NCBI GenBank assembly: GCA_905216145.1
Contig: CAJMST010000009.1
Span: forward strand, 11,928-75,927
Reading direction: 5' to 3'
DNA length: 64,000 nt
Source: an uncultured bacterium
Lineage (GTDB): Bacteria > Actinomycetota > Coriobacteriia > Coriobacteriales > Coriobacteriaceae
Part shown: one piece after another, positions 31,966 through 39,841 of the stretch
Layout of the letters: the number at the start of each line of letters is the position of its first letter
Numbering within the stretch: the first letter of the stretch is position 1
Made by a program: the position numbers and the translations under genes
The notes under the pieces: generated by a model
Database searches by the model: none
Told to the model about the DNA's origin: nothing
The model's input: only the letters and a program-made list of their open reading frames with translations

Positions 31966-33069
31966 CTAGATGCGGACCGGCATGACCAGGTACAGGTAGT
32001 TGATCTTGTCGTAGGACTTGAAGATGCCCGCCTGCGAGTAGCTCTTGAGCTCCAGCGTGATCTCCTTCTCTTTGGACAGGGCATTGAGGCAGCCGAAGAT
32101 GTAGTGGTAGTTGAAGGCGATGGTGCCCGACTCGCCCTCGGCCTCGACATCGATCGTCTCCTGCGCAAGGTCCTGGTCATTGGAAATGGAGGACAGGCCC
32201 ATCTGCCCGTTCTCGACATCGATCTCGAACTTGACGGCGGGGTTGGCGCTCGCGATAACGGCCACGCGTTTGAGGGCGGCGTTAAAGGCGGCGACGTCAA
32301 TCTTGACGCTCGTCACGCACGAATCGGGGATGAGCTGCTTGTAGTTGGGGTACACGCCCTCGATGCGGCGAGACACGTAGGTGGTGTTGCCGGCCTCAAA
32401 GACAACCTGGGTGTCAGTAGCCCCGATCATGATGGTGGCCTGGCTTGCCATGATGTTCAGCGCGTCGTTAAAGGCATCGGCCGGAACGTTGAGCTCAAAG
32501 GAACCCTCGAGGGTCGAGGTCTCGACCTGCGTATCGCACACGGCCAAGCGGAAAGAATCGGTCGCCACCAGGCGAACGGTGTTGTTCTCGACCTTCATGT
32601 GCACGCCACCCAGGATGGGGCGGGCCTTGTCGGTCGAGGTGACGCGCCACACGCGGCCGACCATTTCGGACAAGATATCGGTCGGCAGCTCCACGGCACT
32701 CTCGATGGCATAGGCCGGAAACTCGGGGAAGTCATTGACATCGAGCGTGTTCAGGCGGAAAGAGCTCTTCTCGCAACCAATCAGCACCTGGCGCTCGGAC
32801 AGCTCAAAGGTGACCGGGGCATCGGGGAGGGTCTTGGTGATATTGGAGAGCATCTTACAGGGGATAACCATCTCGCCCTCTTCTTCGACATGCGCCGCGA
32901 TGCGATGACGGATCGAGATGGTGTAGTTAGAGGTCTGGAATTCCAAGATGCCGTCTTGCGCCTTGACGAGCACGCCCGACAGGATGGGAAGGGTGGACGC
33001 CGAAGCGACACCCTTCATAACGACGCCGATGGCTTGTGTAAGCGAGCTCTGACTGACGGTGAACTTCAT
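31966..33069 (-). CDS. dnaN: DNA polymerase III beta sliding clamp
   Basis: 367 aa, MKFTVSQSSLTQAIGVVMKGVASASTLPILSGVLVKA. Canonical position between dnaA and recF. Confidence 0.92.
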   Translation of the reverse strand: MKFTVSQSSLTQAIGVVMKGVASASTLPILSGVLVKAQDGILEFQTSNYTISIRHRIAAHVEEEGEMVIPCKMLSNITKTLPDAPVTFELSERQVLIGCEKSSFRLNTLDVNDFPEFPAYAIESAVELPTDILSEMVGRVWRVTSTDKARPILGGVHMKVENNTVRLVATDSFRLAVCDTQVETSTLEGSFELNVPADAFNDALNIMASQATIMIGATDTQVVFEAGNTTYVSRRIEGVYPNYKQLIPDSCVTSVKIDVAAFNAALKRVAVIASANPAVKFEIDVENGQMGLSSISNDQDLAQETIDVEAEGESGTIAFNYHYIFGCLNALSKEKEITLELKSYSQAGIFKSYDKINYLYLVMPVRI

Positions 33070-33306
33070 CTTTAATACCTTTCTATAGATATAAATATCT
33101 TAATAATAGTAATAGCACTGACGAAACTGTTGATTACTCCCAAAGACGCAGGTCAGACCCAGAAAGAGAATCGACAGCAACCTGTGTGCAACAGGGGTGG
33201 TTTTCCACGTTCAAAACCTGCGCAAAACTTTTCATCACCGCGGATTGGGTTTTAGACACCTTATGCCCGTGGTTTCGACAAGTTTTCAACAGGTGTCTCT
33301 ATTTCC
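33070..33306. promoter_or_regulatory. Candidate oriC segment in the dnaA-dnaN gap: AT-rich unwinding-element-like stretch plus DnaA-box-like 9-mers
   Basis: 33070..33120 is about 20% GC (TTTAATACCTTTCTATAGATATAAATATCTTAATAATAGTAATAGCAC). Box-like sites: TTTTCCACG (33201..33209), TTTTCATCA (33229..33237) and TTTTCAACA (33283..33291), each 2-3 mismatches from TTATCCACA. Confidence 0.6.
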
Positions 33307-35031
33307 CTACGAGCGCAGTGTAATTTTATCGCGCAGCGACTTGAGGTCTTCGGTGACGGTGCGGTCTTCCTGGATCATCTTCTGGACCTTTTTGTAGCTC
33401 GTGCTGACGGTCGAGTGGTTGCGGTTGCCAAATTCGGCGCCTACCGCCGTGGTCGTCATCTCGCACATTTCGATGGCCAGGTAGATAGCGATATGGCGTG
33501 CTTTGGCGATATTGGCGTTGCGACGCGGGCCGATGAGCTCCTCGTGTGTCACGCCGTACTGCTCTTCGATGACGGACTGAACCGTTTGCACGTTGATCTT
33601 TTTGGCCGATGTGTCGAAGTACTGGCTGGCGATGGCGTCGATATCGTCAAAGGTGAGCTCCCCTCCCTCGCGCTCGCGGTCGCCCGCCTCGCCGGCGCAG
33701 CGCTCGCAGAAGCTCTCGAGTTCGCGGATGTTGGTGCCCGACACCTCTGCCATGTGCTTAAAGTGCTCATCGGTCAGGTGCCCGCCGTCGCCCCCGTAGG
33801 CCGCCAGCAGTGAGTCGTCGCCTGCCTCGGGAGCGGCGACGATGGTGTTCTCGTAATAGCGCTGCAAGATCTTGTATTTCATCTCGTAGCTGGGCTCTGC
33901 GACCAGGCAGAGCATGCCGGCGTTGAAGCGGCTGGTCAGACGCTCGTCCATGCTCAGGTCCTTGGGGGCGCGGTCTGCCGCGATGACGACCTTCTTGTTG
34001 TTGCGGATGAACTCGTCCATGAGCTGGAAAAAGTAGTCCACGCTCGCGCGCTTGCCGATGATGTTTTGGATGTCATCGATGATGAGCACGTCCACGCCGT
34101 GGTACGCCTGCATGATGGGGGCGTTGCTCTTCTTTTGGCGGTCGAACTCGGTCATCAGGTCGTCCAGATATGCCTGGGAATTGGCATACTTGACCTTGAT
34201 CTCGGGCGACTTCTCGGCGAGCTCGTTTTTGATAGCGAGCAACAGGTGGGTCTTGCCCAGGCCCGATTTGCCGTAGATGAACAGTGATGTGCACGTGCCG
34301 CGCTCGTCCGCGAGGGCGGCAAACTTGAGTGCCGAGCGATAGGCATGGCTGTTCTCGGGGCCGTAGACAAAGTTCTCAAAGGTAAATTTTGAGTTCGCGG
34401 CGAGTGGGGCTCCATCCGTATTCTGCTCGGCCGGCACGGCCGGTGCTGGCATGGGTGAAGCGGGGGTCGCAGCTTGCGTGGATTTAGTCGGCGCTCCACC
34501 CTTCATCTGGTTCATCATGCGACGAAAATCATCGGCCGAGAGCGTGTTCTTGATTGCAATGCCCGAATCCGCGCCCGCCGCTGCGTCGTGAGCGATGGGC
34601 ATGTGCGTGACGGGTGCGTTCGTTGACGTCGCCGCCGCGGTCGGCAACGGTGCCATGGTTTCACGGGAAGCATCGCTGTGCTGGTGCTCGATTGTCGGCA
34701 CGTCGCCTGCGGAGGCCGGTACCGCCGGGGAAGCAGCGGGAGCCGTGGCGGACGCCGTCGCGGCAGCGGATTCCGTCGCGGCGCCTTGCGGTGCCACGAT
34801 GTCGAGCGCAATCGGTGCAAAGGCGATTTCTTCCAGATAGGCCTCAATAGTCGGCTGATGCTTTTTGAGCTGCGCGATGGCAAAGCGCGAGGGCGCCTCG
34901 ATCGTGAGCGTATCTTCGGTCAGGCTTATGGCGCGCGATTGCCCCAGCATGTTGATGAGGCGTGCATCTTGGCCGTCGCGCTGGCAAAAGGCGATGGCAT
35001 CCCCCAGGATGATGCTTGCTTCCTCGTCCAC
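33307..35031 (-). CDS. dnaA: Chromosomal replication initiator DnaA (long Ala/Pro-rich domain II)
   Basis: GTG start with GGGAGAG 5 nt upstream. Walker A GKSGLGKTHLL, Walker B VLIIDDIQ. C-terminal DNA-binding signature (ANIAKARHIAIYLAIEMCEMTTTAVGAEFGNRNHSTVSTSYKKV). Confidence 0.95.
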   Translation of the reverse strand: MDEEASIILGDAIAFCQRDGQDARLINMLGQSRAISLTEDTLTIEAPSRFAIAQLKKHQPTIEAYLEEIAFAPIALDIVAPQGAATESAAATASATAPAASPAVPASAGDVPTIEHQHSDASRETMAPLPTAAATSTNAPVTHMPIAHDAAAGADSGIAIKNTLSADDFRRMMNQMKGGAPTKSTQAATPASPMPAPAVPAEQNTDGAPLAANSKFTFENFVYGPENSHAYRSALKFAALADERGTCTSLFIYGKSGLGKTHLLLAIKNELAEKSPEIKVKYANSQAYLDDLMTEFDRQKKSNAPIMQAYHGVDVLIIDDIQNIIGKRASVDYFFQLMDEFIRNNKKVVIAADRAPKDLSMDERLTSRFNAGMLCLVAEPSYEMKYKILQRYYENTIVAAPEAGDDSLLAAYGGDGGHLTDEHFKHMAEVSGTNIRELESFCERCAGEAGDREREGGELTFDDIDAIASQYFDTSAKKINVQTVQSVIEEQYGVTHEELIGPRRNANIAKARHIAIYLAIEMCEMTTTAVGAEFGNRNHSTVSTSYKKVQKMIQEDRTVTEDLKSLRDKITLRS

Positions 35032-35046
35032 TGTCTCTCCCGTTCT

Positions 35047-36471
35047 TTAGCTCTGAGCTCGCACGCGAGCGGCGCCGAGTTCGGTCAGATGGTATTTCTG
35101 GCGATGCTTGATGACCAAGCCAGCCTGCGCCAAGTCATTGAGCGTGCGTGACCAAGTGGGGGCCGAGTTTCCAAACGTCCTCGCCAGATCGGTTGCACCG
35201 CACGCTTGATTTTGCGCCAAATAGCCCAGCGCGGCGTTGCCGCGATCGCTTACGAACACGTCCGGTTGTGGCTGCGCATACTGATTTGCTGCATTAGGAT
35301 ACATCATTTGAGCTGCTGGTTGTTGAGAACTCTGCATCGGCGGCATTTGCTGTTGAAAACTTTGAGGCCACTGTTGGTAAGGCTGCGGAGGCATCTGCTG
35401 GGCCCAAGGGTTGTACTGCTGCTGCGGCATCTGCTGGTACGGCTGCTGATATCCCTGCTGGTACTGTTGCGGGAACTGCTGGCCATACCCCAGTGGCGGC
35501 ATCTGCTGATATGGATATCCCTGTTGGTACGGCTGATAGCCCATTTGCTGGCCACCCGGTGCTCCCGTCGCCTGCTGCATTGCTGCTGCATCCTGATCCG
35601 CCAGCGGCATGGTCTCTGGCATGTTTGGCGGCATCGACATCGATGTCGCCTGGGGCTCTTGTGTAGGAAGCATTCCGGGCTGCTGCATCTGTCCCACGGG
35701 GGGCTGCATCTGCTGCGTTGCCATGGGCTGCTGCGCAAAAGCTCCCGGCAGGGGATATGTGGGGTGCTCCGTCTCGGGCCGCACGGCAGCACCGCGTCCG
35801 CCGGCACGCTCGATTTCCTGCACGCGTTTAGGGTTCAGGCTTACCGTAACCACGGTGCCGTTGCCCATGTTGTCCTCGATGGATACGGCACCGCCGGCGT
35901 TTTCCAAATACTCCTGCACCATGGGAAACCCTGCTCCGGTTCCACGGATATAGCGCTTCATCTTGCTGTTTGCACTGGTAACGCCAAAGTCGAAAGCGCG
36001 TTCCTTGTCGTCGATGCCGGGTCCTTGGTCAGCAAAGCGGATGGTGTCTCCGCCGTCCAGAATCGAGATGATGGGCTCTGCAAAGTGTGCGTGGATAAAG
36101 TTTTCGACAATCTCGCGGATGACCATGAGCGAGATATGGCCACCTTGTTCTTTCATGCACTGGTAGACGGTGTTGGTCGTCTCTTCCAAATACGTGCGGA
36201 CATCTTGCGGATCGATGACGATCACACGCGGTGTCGACAGCATGTCGTCATAGACGGCGATGCGCGCGGCGTACATGGCTTTTGGCGCCTGCGTTGTCGT
36301 CTGTTCACCTTCGTCACGCTCTTCGCGCACGCCGGTGATGTGCTCGTTGTCGGGTGCCGGGTCTCCGGAATCGACCATGGTGTAAAAGTCGTCAGACATG
36401 CCGCTCGCAATCTTCCAAAAGGTTTCGAACAAATAGTAGCTCACCGTGCAATGTTTCTCATCTTTCGACAA
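35047..36471 (-). CDS. Uncharacterised GHKL (Bergerat-fold) ATPase - Gln/Pro/Tyr-rich low-complexity linker - winged-helix protein; first gene of the dnaA operon
   Basis: 474-aa ORF whose TAA stop is 15 nt upstream of the dnaA GTG, with no hairpin between. N-box-like REIVENFIHAH, G1-like ADQGPGID, G2-like IRGTGAGF. About 170 aa of Q/P/Y/M-rich sequence. C-terminal wHTH-like GATDLARTFGNSAPTWSRTLNDLAQAGLVIKHRQKYHLTELG. Start uncertain: TTG 36471, GTG 36444 or ATG 36399. Confidence 0.7.
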   Translation of the reverse strand: MSKDEKHCTVSYYLFETFWKIASGMSDDFYTMVDSGDPAPDNEHITGVREERDEGEQTTTQAPKAMYAARIAVYDDMLSTPRVIVIDPQDVRTYLEETTNTVYQCMKEQGGHISLMVIREIVENFIHAHFAEPIISILDGGDTIRFADQGPGIDDKERAFDFGVTSANSKMKRYIRGTGAGFPMVQEYLENAGGAVSIEDNMGNGTVVTVSLNPKRVQEIERAGGRGAAVRPETEHPTYPLPGAFAQQPMATQQMQPPVGQMQQPGMLPTQEPQATSMSMPPNMPETMPLADQDAAAMQQATGAPGGQQMGYQPYQQGYPYQQMPPLGYGQQFPQQYQQGYQQPYQQMPQQQYNPWAQQMPPQPYQQWPQSFQQQMPPMQSSQQPAAQMMYPNAANQYAQPQPDVFVSDRGNAALGYLAQNQACGATDLARTFGNSAPTWSRTLNDLAQAGLVIKHRQKYHLTELGAARVRAQS

Positions 36472-36600
36472 ACTTTCAAAACCTGTTGAAAACTTTAGAA
36501 AACGGACGAAAAGTTCTCAACATTGCCAACATGACCTGTTGAAAACTCGATGAAATATCGTGAAAAGTTGCCACGCACCGCTAAATCGAGCTTGGCTTAT
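36472..36600. promoter_or_regulatory. DnaA-box-like cluster upstream of the dnaA operon (second candidate oriC/inc segment)
   Basis: The 13-mer CCTGTTGAAAACT occurs at 36482..36494 and 36535..36547, and inverted at 33281..33294. Its core TGTTGAAAA is 2 mismatches from TGTGGATAA. Also CGTGAAAAG near 36560. Confidence 0.5.
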
Positions 36601-36642
36601 GGGGGAACCGTGTGAACTGCGCAACCTTTTACCTTTGATTTC

Positions 36643-36672
36643 TTGACATTTGAACATTGATTTCCCTACAAT
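36643..36672 (+). promoter_or_regulatory. Candidate rpmH promoter
   Basis: TTGACA (36643..36648), 18-nt spacer, TACAAT (36667..36672). Confidence 0.55.
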
Positions 36673-36744
36673 CTTCAAGCTCACGTGTCTATATCTGCGT
36701 CCGCGTCCCCGCGGACACTCGAAATGCAGCAGGAGGAACTTAAG

Positions 36745-36879
36745 ATGAAGCGTACGTATCAGCCTAATAAGCGTAAGCGTGCCAAGACCCATGGCTTCCG
36801 TGCCCGTATGGCCACTAAGGGTGGTCGTGCCGTGCTCGCCCGTCGTCGCGCCAAGGGCCGCAAGCGTCTCACTGTCTAG
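36745..36879 (+). CDS. rpmH: 50S ribosomal protein L34
   Basis: [44 protein letters not shown], with AGGAGGA upstream. The longest ORF starts at 36685. Confidence 0.95.
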   Translation: MKRTYQPNKRKRAKTHGFRARMATKGGRAVLARRRAKGRKRLTV

Positions 36880-36899
36880 CAGCGATACACACATCTCGC

Positions 36900-37238
36900 A
36901 TGAAGACTATTAAGTCTCGGCAAGATTTCGAGCATGTGTTCAGTCAGGGGCGTCGTTTCAATCACCCTCTGATTCGAATGACCATATGTGAATCGGTTGG
37001 CGAAGGCGACTCCGGAAGGGTCGCCTTCGTTGGTGCTAAGCGACTCGGTTGTGCCGTCGTGCGCAACCGATCTAAGCGTGTGATGCGCGAGGCCGCCCGC
37101 AGCTGCGGATTTCCCGTTGCGGGTTATGACATCATCTTGTTTGCAACTCCCAAGACGAGGGTTTCCTCGCCGCAGGAGATGGACAAGGCGTTGCGTTCGC
37201 TTATGAAGCGCGCCGGCGTTGCCGGGGAGGAGCGATGA
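36900..37238 (+). CDS. rnpA: Ribonuclease P protein component
   Basis: Position after rpmH, RNR motif region [13 protein letters not shown], 112 aa. Confidence 0.88.
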   Translation: MKTIKSRQDFEHVFSQGRRFNHPLIRMTICESVGEGDSGRVAFVGAKRLGCAVVRNRSKRVMREAARSCGFPVAGYDIILFATPKTRVSSPQEMDKALRSLMKRAGVAGEER

Positions 37239-37459
37239 GCAATCACGTTTTGCGACGTGTTGCCATCGCTCCTATTCGCATATATCAACAGGTTATTTCG
37301 CCCTTATTGCCTGACGCCTGCATTTATTACCCAACGTGCTCGCAATACGCCATCCAGGCGATTGAGAAGCACGGTGTTTTGAGAGGCTGCTGGCTTGCCG
37401 TGAGGCGCATCGCTCGCTGCAATCCCCTGCACGTCGGCGGTTATGACCCTGTGCCCTAG
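37235..37459 (+). CDS. yidD: Membrane protein insertion efficiency factor YidD
   Basis: [38 protein letters not shown]...[18 protein letters not shown] overlap with rnpA. Confidence 0.9.
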   Translation: MSNHVLRRVAIAPIRIYQQVISPLLPDACIYYPTCSQYAIQAIEKHGVLRGCWLAVRRIARCNPLHVGGYDPVP

Positions 37460-37488
37460 CGGGCACTCGCTATCGGAGGAAAACTTAC

Positions 37489-38259
37489 ATGTGGGATTGG
37501 ATCGTTAACATCCTTTTCGAGCTGCTCAAGCTCATCCAGACCTTTGCGGTCGACTGGGGCCTGTCCATCATCATCCTGGTGGTCATCATCCGTCTGCTGC
37601 TGACGCCGCTTATGCTCAAGTCGACCAAGTCGACGGCTCGCATGCAGGTGCTGCAGCCCAAGATGCTCGAGATCCAGGAGCGCTATGCCGACGATCCCCA
37701 GCGTCAGGCCGAGGAGATGCAGAAGTTCTACAGCGAGAACAAGTTCAACCCCATGGCTGGCTGTCTGCCGCTGCTGATTCAGATGCCTATCCTGTTCGCC
37801 CTGTTTACATTGCTGCGCAACCTGCCGCAGTACTTTAACAACGGCACGTTCTCGTTCTTCAACATCCTGCCCGACCTGACCACCACGCCGAGCGCTTCCT
37901 TTGCCGATGGCTTTATGGTTGCACTGCCTGCGCTGGTTTGCCTGATCCTGTTTGCCGTCCTGACCCTGATTCCGCAGCTCTATATGTCGCGCAACCAGAC
38001 CGGCCAGCAGGCTCAGAGCATGCGTATGATGGCCGTTGTCATGACGGTCATGATGCTTTGGATGGGCTGGAGCCTTCCCGTTGGTGTTCTGCTGTACTAC
38101 GACGTCTCGTCTGCTTGGCAGGTTATCCAGCAGATTTTTGTGACGCAGAAGGTCATCGACAAGGCGAAGGCCGATGAGGAGGAGCGTCTTAAGAACGCTC
38201 CGCTGCAGGTTGAGGTCACTCGTCGCGAGAAGAAGCCGCGCCCGCACAAGAAGAAGTAG
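37489..38259 (+). CDS. yidC: Membrane protein insertase YidC (short Gram-positive type)
   Basis: Five predicted TM segments, LTPLMLKSTKSTARMQVLQPKMLEIQERY and NPMAGCLPLLIQMPILFAL motifs, basic C-terminal tail. Confidence 0.9.
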   Translation: MWDWIVNILFELLKLIQTFAVDWGLSIIILVVIIRLLLTPLMLKSTKSTARMQVLQPKMLEIQERYADDPQRQAEEMQKFYSENKFNPMAGCLPLLIQMPILFALFTLLRNLPQYFNNGTFSFFNILPDLTTTPSASFADGFMVALPALVCLILFAVLTLIPQLYMSRNQTGQQAQSMRMMAVVMTVMMLWMGWSLPVGVLLYYDVSSAWQVIQQIFVTQKVIDKAKADEEERLKNAPLQVEVTRREKKPRPHKKK

Positions 38260-38303
38260 TGGGATATCAATCTTATTTAGGTACCTAACTTTTGGAGTAC
38301 GTT

Positions 38304-38873
38304 ATGTCTGAAGAGATCATCGAGGATATGCTTGAGGAGGTTGCCCCGCAGGTCGCGGGCGATTATCCCGAGATTGCACAGCGCTACAAGGCTGGTGAAG
38401 AGCTGACCGATGAGGAGCTCGACACCATTGCCGATGTTGCGATTTCCATCCTGCGTTCCATCCTTTCGCACTTCGATGCCGCCAACTCTCCTATCGATGA
38501 GTATGAGGGCGACGAGGGTGAGCTGATTTTGGATGTAACGGCTCCCGACCTTGCTGTTCTCATTGGCCGTCATGGTCGCACTCTTGATGCTCTTCAGGTT
38601 ATGTTCTCTTTGCTGGTGAGCCGCAAGCTTGGCTTTAGGTATCCGGTTGTAGTGGACGTCGAGGGATACAAGAGTCGCCGTCAGGATAAGGTCGCCTCCA
38701 TGGCTCAGTCTGCTGCCGAGCGTGCCATCCGCACTCATAAGAGTGTTTCGCTTCCGCCCATGAATGCCTACGAGCGCCGACTGGTTCACATTGCACTTCG
38801 TGGCAACGATGCAGTCGATACTCATTCTGAGGGTTCTGACCCTGATCGCCATGTGGTGATTGTTGCTCGATAA
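38304..38873 (+). CDS. jag: Jag/KhpB-family RNA-binding protein (KH + R3H)
   Basis: KH-like LIGRHGRTLDALQ and R3H NAYERRLVHIAL. Start set to the ATG at 38304 (GGAG 6 nt upstream); the track ORF starts at TTG 38292. Confidence 0.85.
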   Translation: MSEEIIEDMLEEVAPQVAGDYPEIAQRYKAGEELTDEELDTIADVAISILRSILSHFDAANSPIDEYEGDEGELILDVTAPDLAVLIGRHGRTLDALQVMFSLLVSRKLGFRYPVVVDVEGYKSRRQDKVASMAQSAAERAIRTHKSVSLPPMNAYERRLVHIALRGNDAVDTHSEGSDPDRHVVIVAR

Positions 38874-38892
38874 TCTACTCGAGCTTATGCTA

Positions 38893-38923
38893 GGGGGACG
38901 TGGTTTCCACGTCCCCCTTTTTT
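38893..38923 (+). terminator. Intrinsic terminator after jag
   Basis: GGGGGACGTGG-TTT-CCACGTCCCCC followed by TTTTTT. Confidence 0.85.
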
Positions 38924-38969
38924 GTCAAAAGTTCTCGATACGCTGATTTTTGTCAGAAAGGAGCTTCAG

Positions 38970-39707
38970 TTGTTTGTACTTACCGATCAGCAGGCTGACG
39001 AGATGTTGAGTCGCCTAACTTCCTATTGCAAAGAATATTCCTTGAGCGTAACTGATATTGAGCTGAGGAAATGTATCCAGCATTTGGATTTGGTTCTAGA
39101 AACAAATAAGACAACCAATCTCACCCGTATTCTTAACGTAGAAGATGCTGCCGTACTTCATATCCTCGACTCACTTGTTTTGCTCCCCTATATCAATAAG
39201 GCTCCTGAGGGAGCTTTGCTCGATATGGGAACAGGTGCGGGCTTCCCTGGTATTCCATTAACCATAACCACGCATCGTAAAGCTACTTATATTGACTCTG
39301 TTGGCAAGAAGGTTGATGCGGTTAATTCCTTTGTCCATGCTCTTGGATTGAAACATGCTCATGCGGTTCATGATCGTCTTGAAGAATATGCTCGAAGTCA
39401 TAAGAAGCAGTTCTCTGTCGTAACCGCCCGCGCACTGGCCCCTCTACCGATTCTTGTTGAGTATGCAGCTCCGTTCCTCAAGGACGGAGGGCTATTTGTT
39501 ATCACCAAGGGCAATCCATCTGATGAGGAGCTTGCCTCTGGCATGTCAGCAGCTAAGATTTGCGGATTCTCTTCGCTTCTGAATGATGCAATCGATTTAC
39601 CAGAGGGCCTGGGCCACAGGGAGTTCATTGTTCTTAAGAAGAGTCATCCAGCATCTGTTTCATTGCCTCGTGCAAATGGCATGGCAAAGAAGAATCCGCT
39701 TGCCTAG
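38970..39707 (+). CDS. rsmG: 16S rRNA (guanine527-N7)-methyltransferase RsmG/GidB
   Basis: SAM-binding LDMGTGAGFPGIPL. Start set to TTG 38970 (AAGGAG 6 nt upstream), because the track start at 38922 lies inside the preceding terminator T-tract. Confidence 0.85.
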   Translation: MFVLTDQQADEMLSRLTSYCKEYSLSVTDIELRKCIQHLDLVLETNKTTNLTRILNVEDAAVLHILDSLVLLPYINKAPEGALLDMGTGAGFPGIPLTITTHRKATYIDSVGKKVDAVNSFVHALGLKHAHAVHDRLEEYARSHKKQFSVVTARALAPLPILVEYAAPFLKDGGLFVITKGNPSDEELASGMSAAKICGFSSLLNDAIDLPEGLGHREFIVLKKSHPASVSLPRANGMAKKNPLA

Positions 39708-39708
39708 A

Positions 39709-39802
39709 TGTTTCACGTGAAACATAATAGATATTAACAACATGCAGTGTTTCACGTGAAACATGGCGGTTGATATTGAATCGGAATGTTTCACGTGAAA
39801 CA
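39709..39802. promoter_or_regulatory. Array of three perfect parS sites (TGTTTCACGTGAAACA) at 39709..39724, 39748..39763 and 39787..39802
   Basis: Exact 16-bp palindromes matching the Firmicute/Actinobacterial parS consensus. Start-to-start spacing is 39 bp twice. Located between the rsmG stop and the parA start. Confidence 0.92.
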
Positions 39803-39841
39803 TCCTCCGTTTGACAGCTTTAATACACACCAGGAGGGACC

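Noticed and set aside
31956-32300. Upstream 115 codons of the 483-aa recF ORF
   Set aside because: They overlap dnaN in another frame with Pro/Ser/Arg/Thr junk composition. The RecF homology starts at MTMFARDLSV, right after the dnaN stop.
34657-34672. parS-like sequence GGTTTCACGGGAAGCA inside dnaA
   Set aside because: Only 13/16 matches and the palindrome centre is broken; likely chance.
31948-36489. Plus-strand ORFs of 375 aa (31948..33075) and 427 aa (35206..36489)
   Set aside because: Antisense of dnaN and of the GHKL-wHTH gene. The latter's Leu/Arg/His repeats simply mirror the Gln/Pro/Tyr repeats on the coding strand.
37456-38852. Minus-strand ORFs of 263 aa and 191 aa
   Set aside because: Antisense of yidC and jag, whose plus-strand products carry clear family motifs.
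39709-39802. Regularly spaced 16-bp repeats considered as a mini-CRISPR array
   Set aside because: The repeats are perfect palindromes identical to the parS consensus. There are only 3 copies with 23-nt spacers that resemble each other, no cas genes, and a parAB context.
39811-39816. TTGACA hexamer as the parA -35 box
   Set aside because: No acceptable -10 hexamer lies 16-19 nt downstream (GAGGGA), so I could not define the parA promoter.
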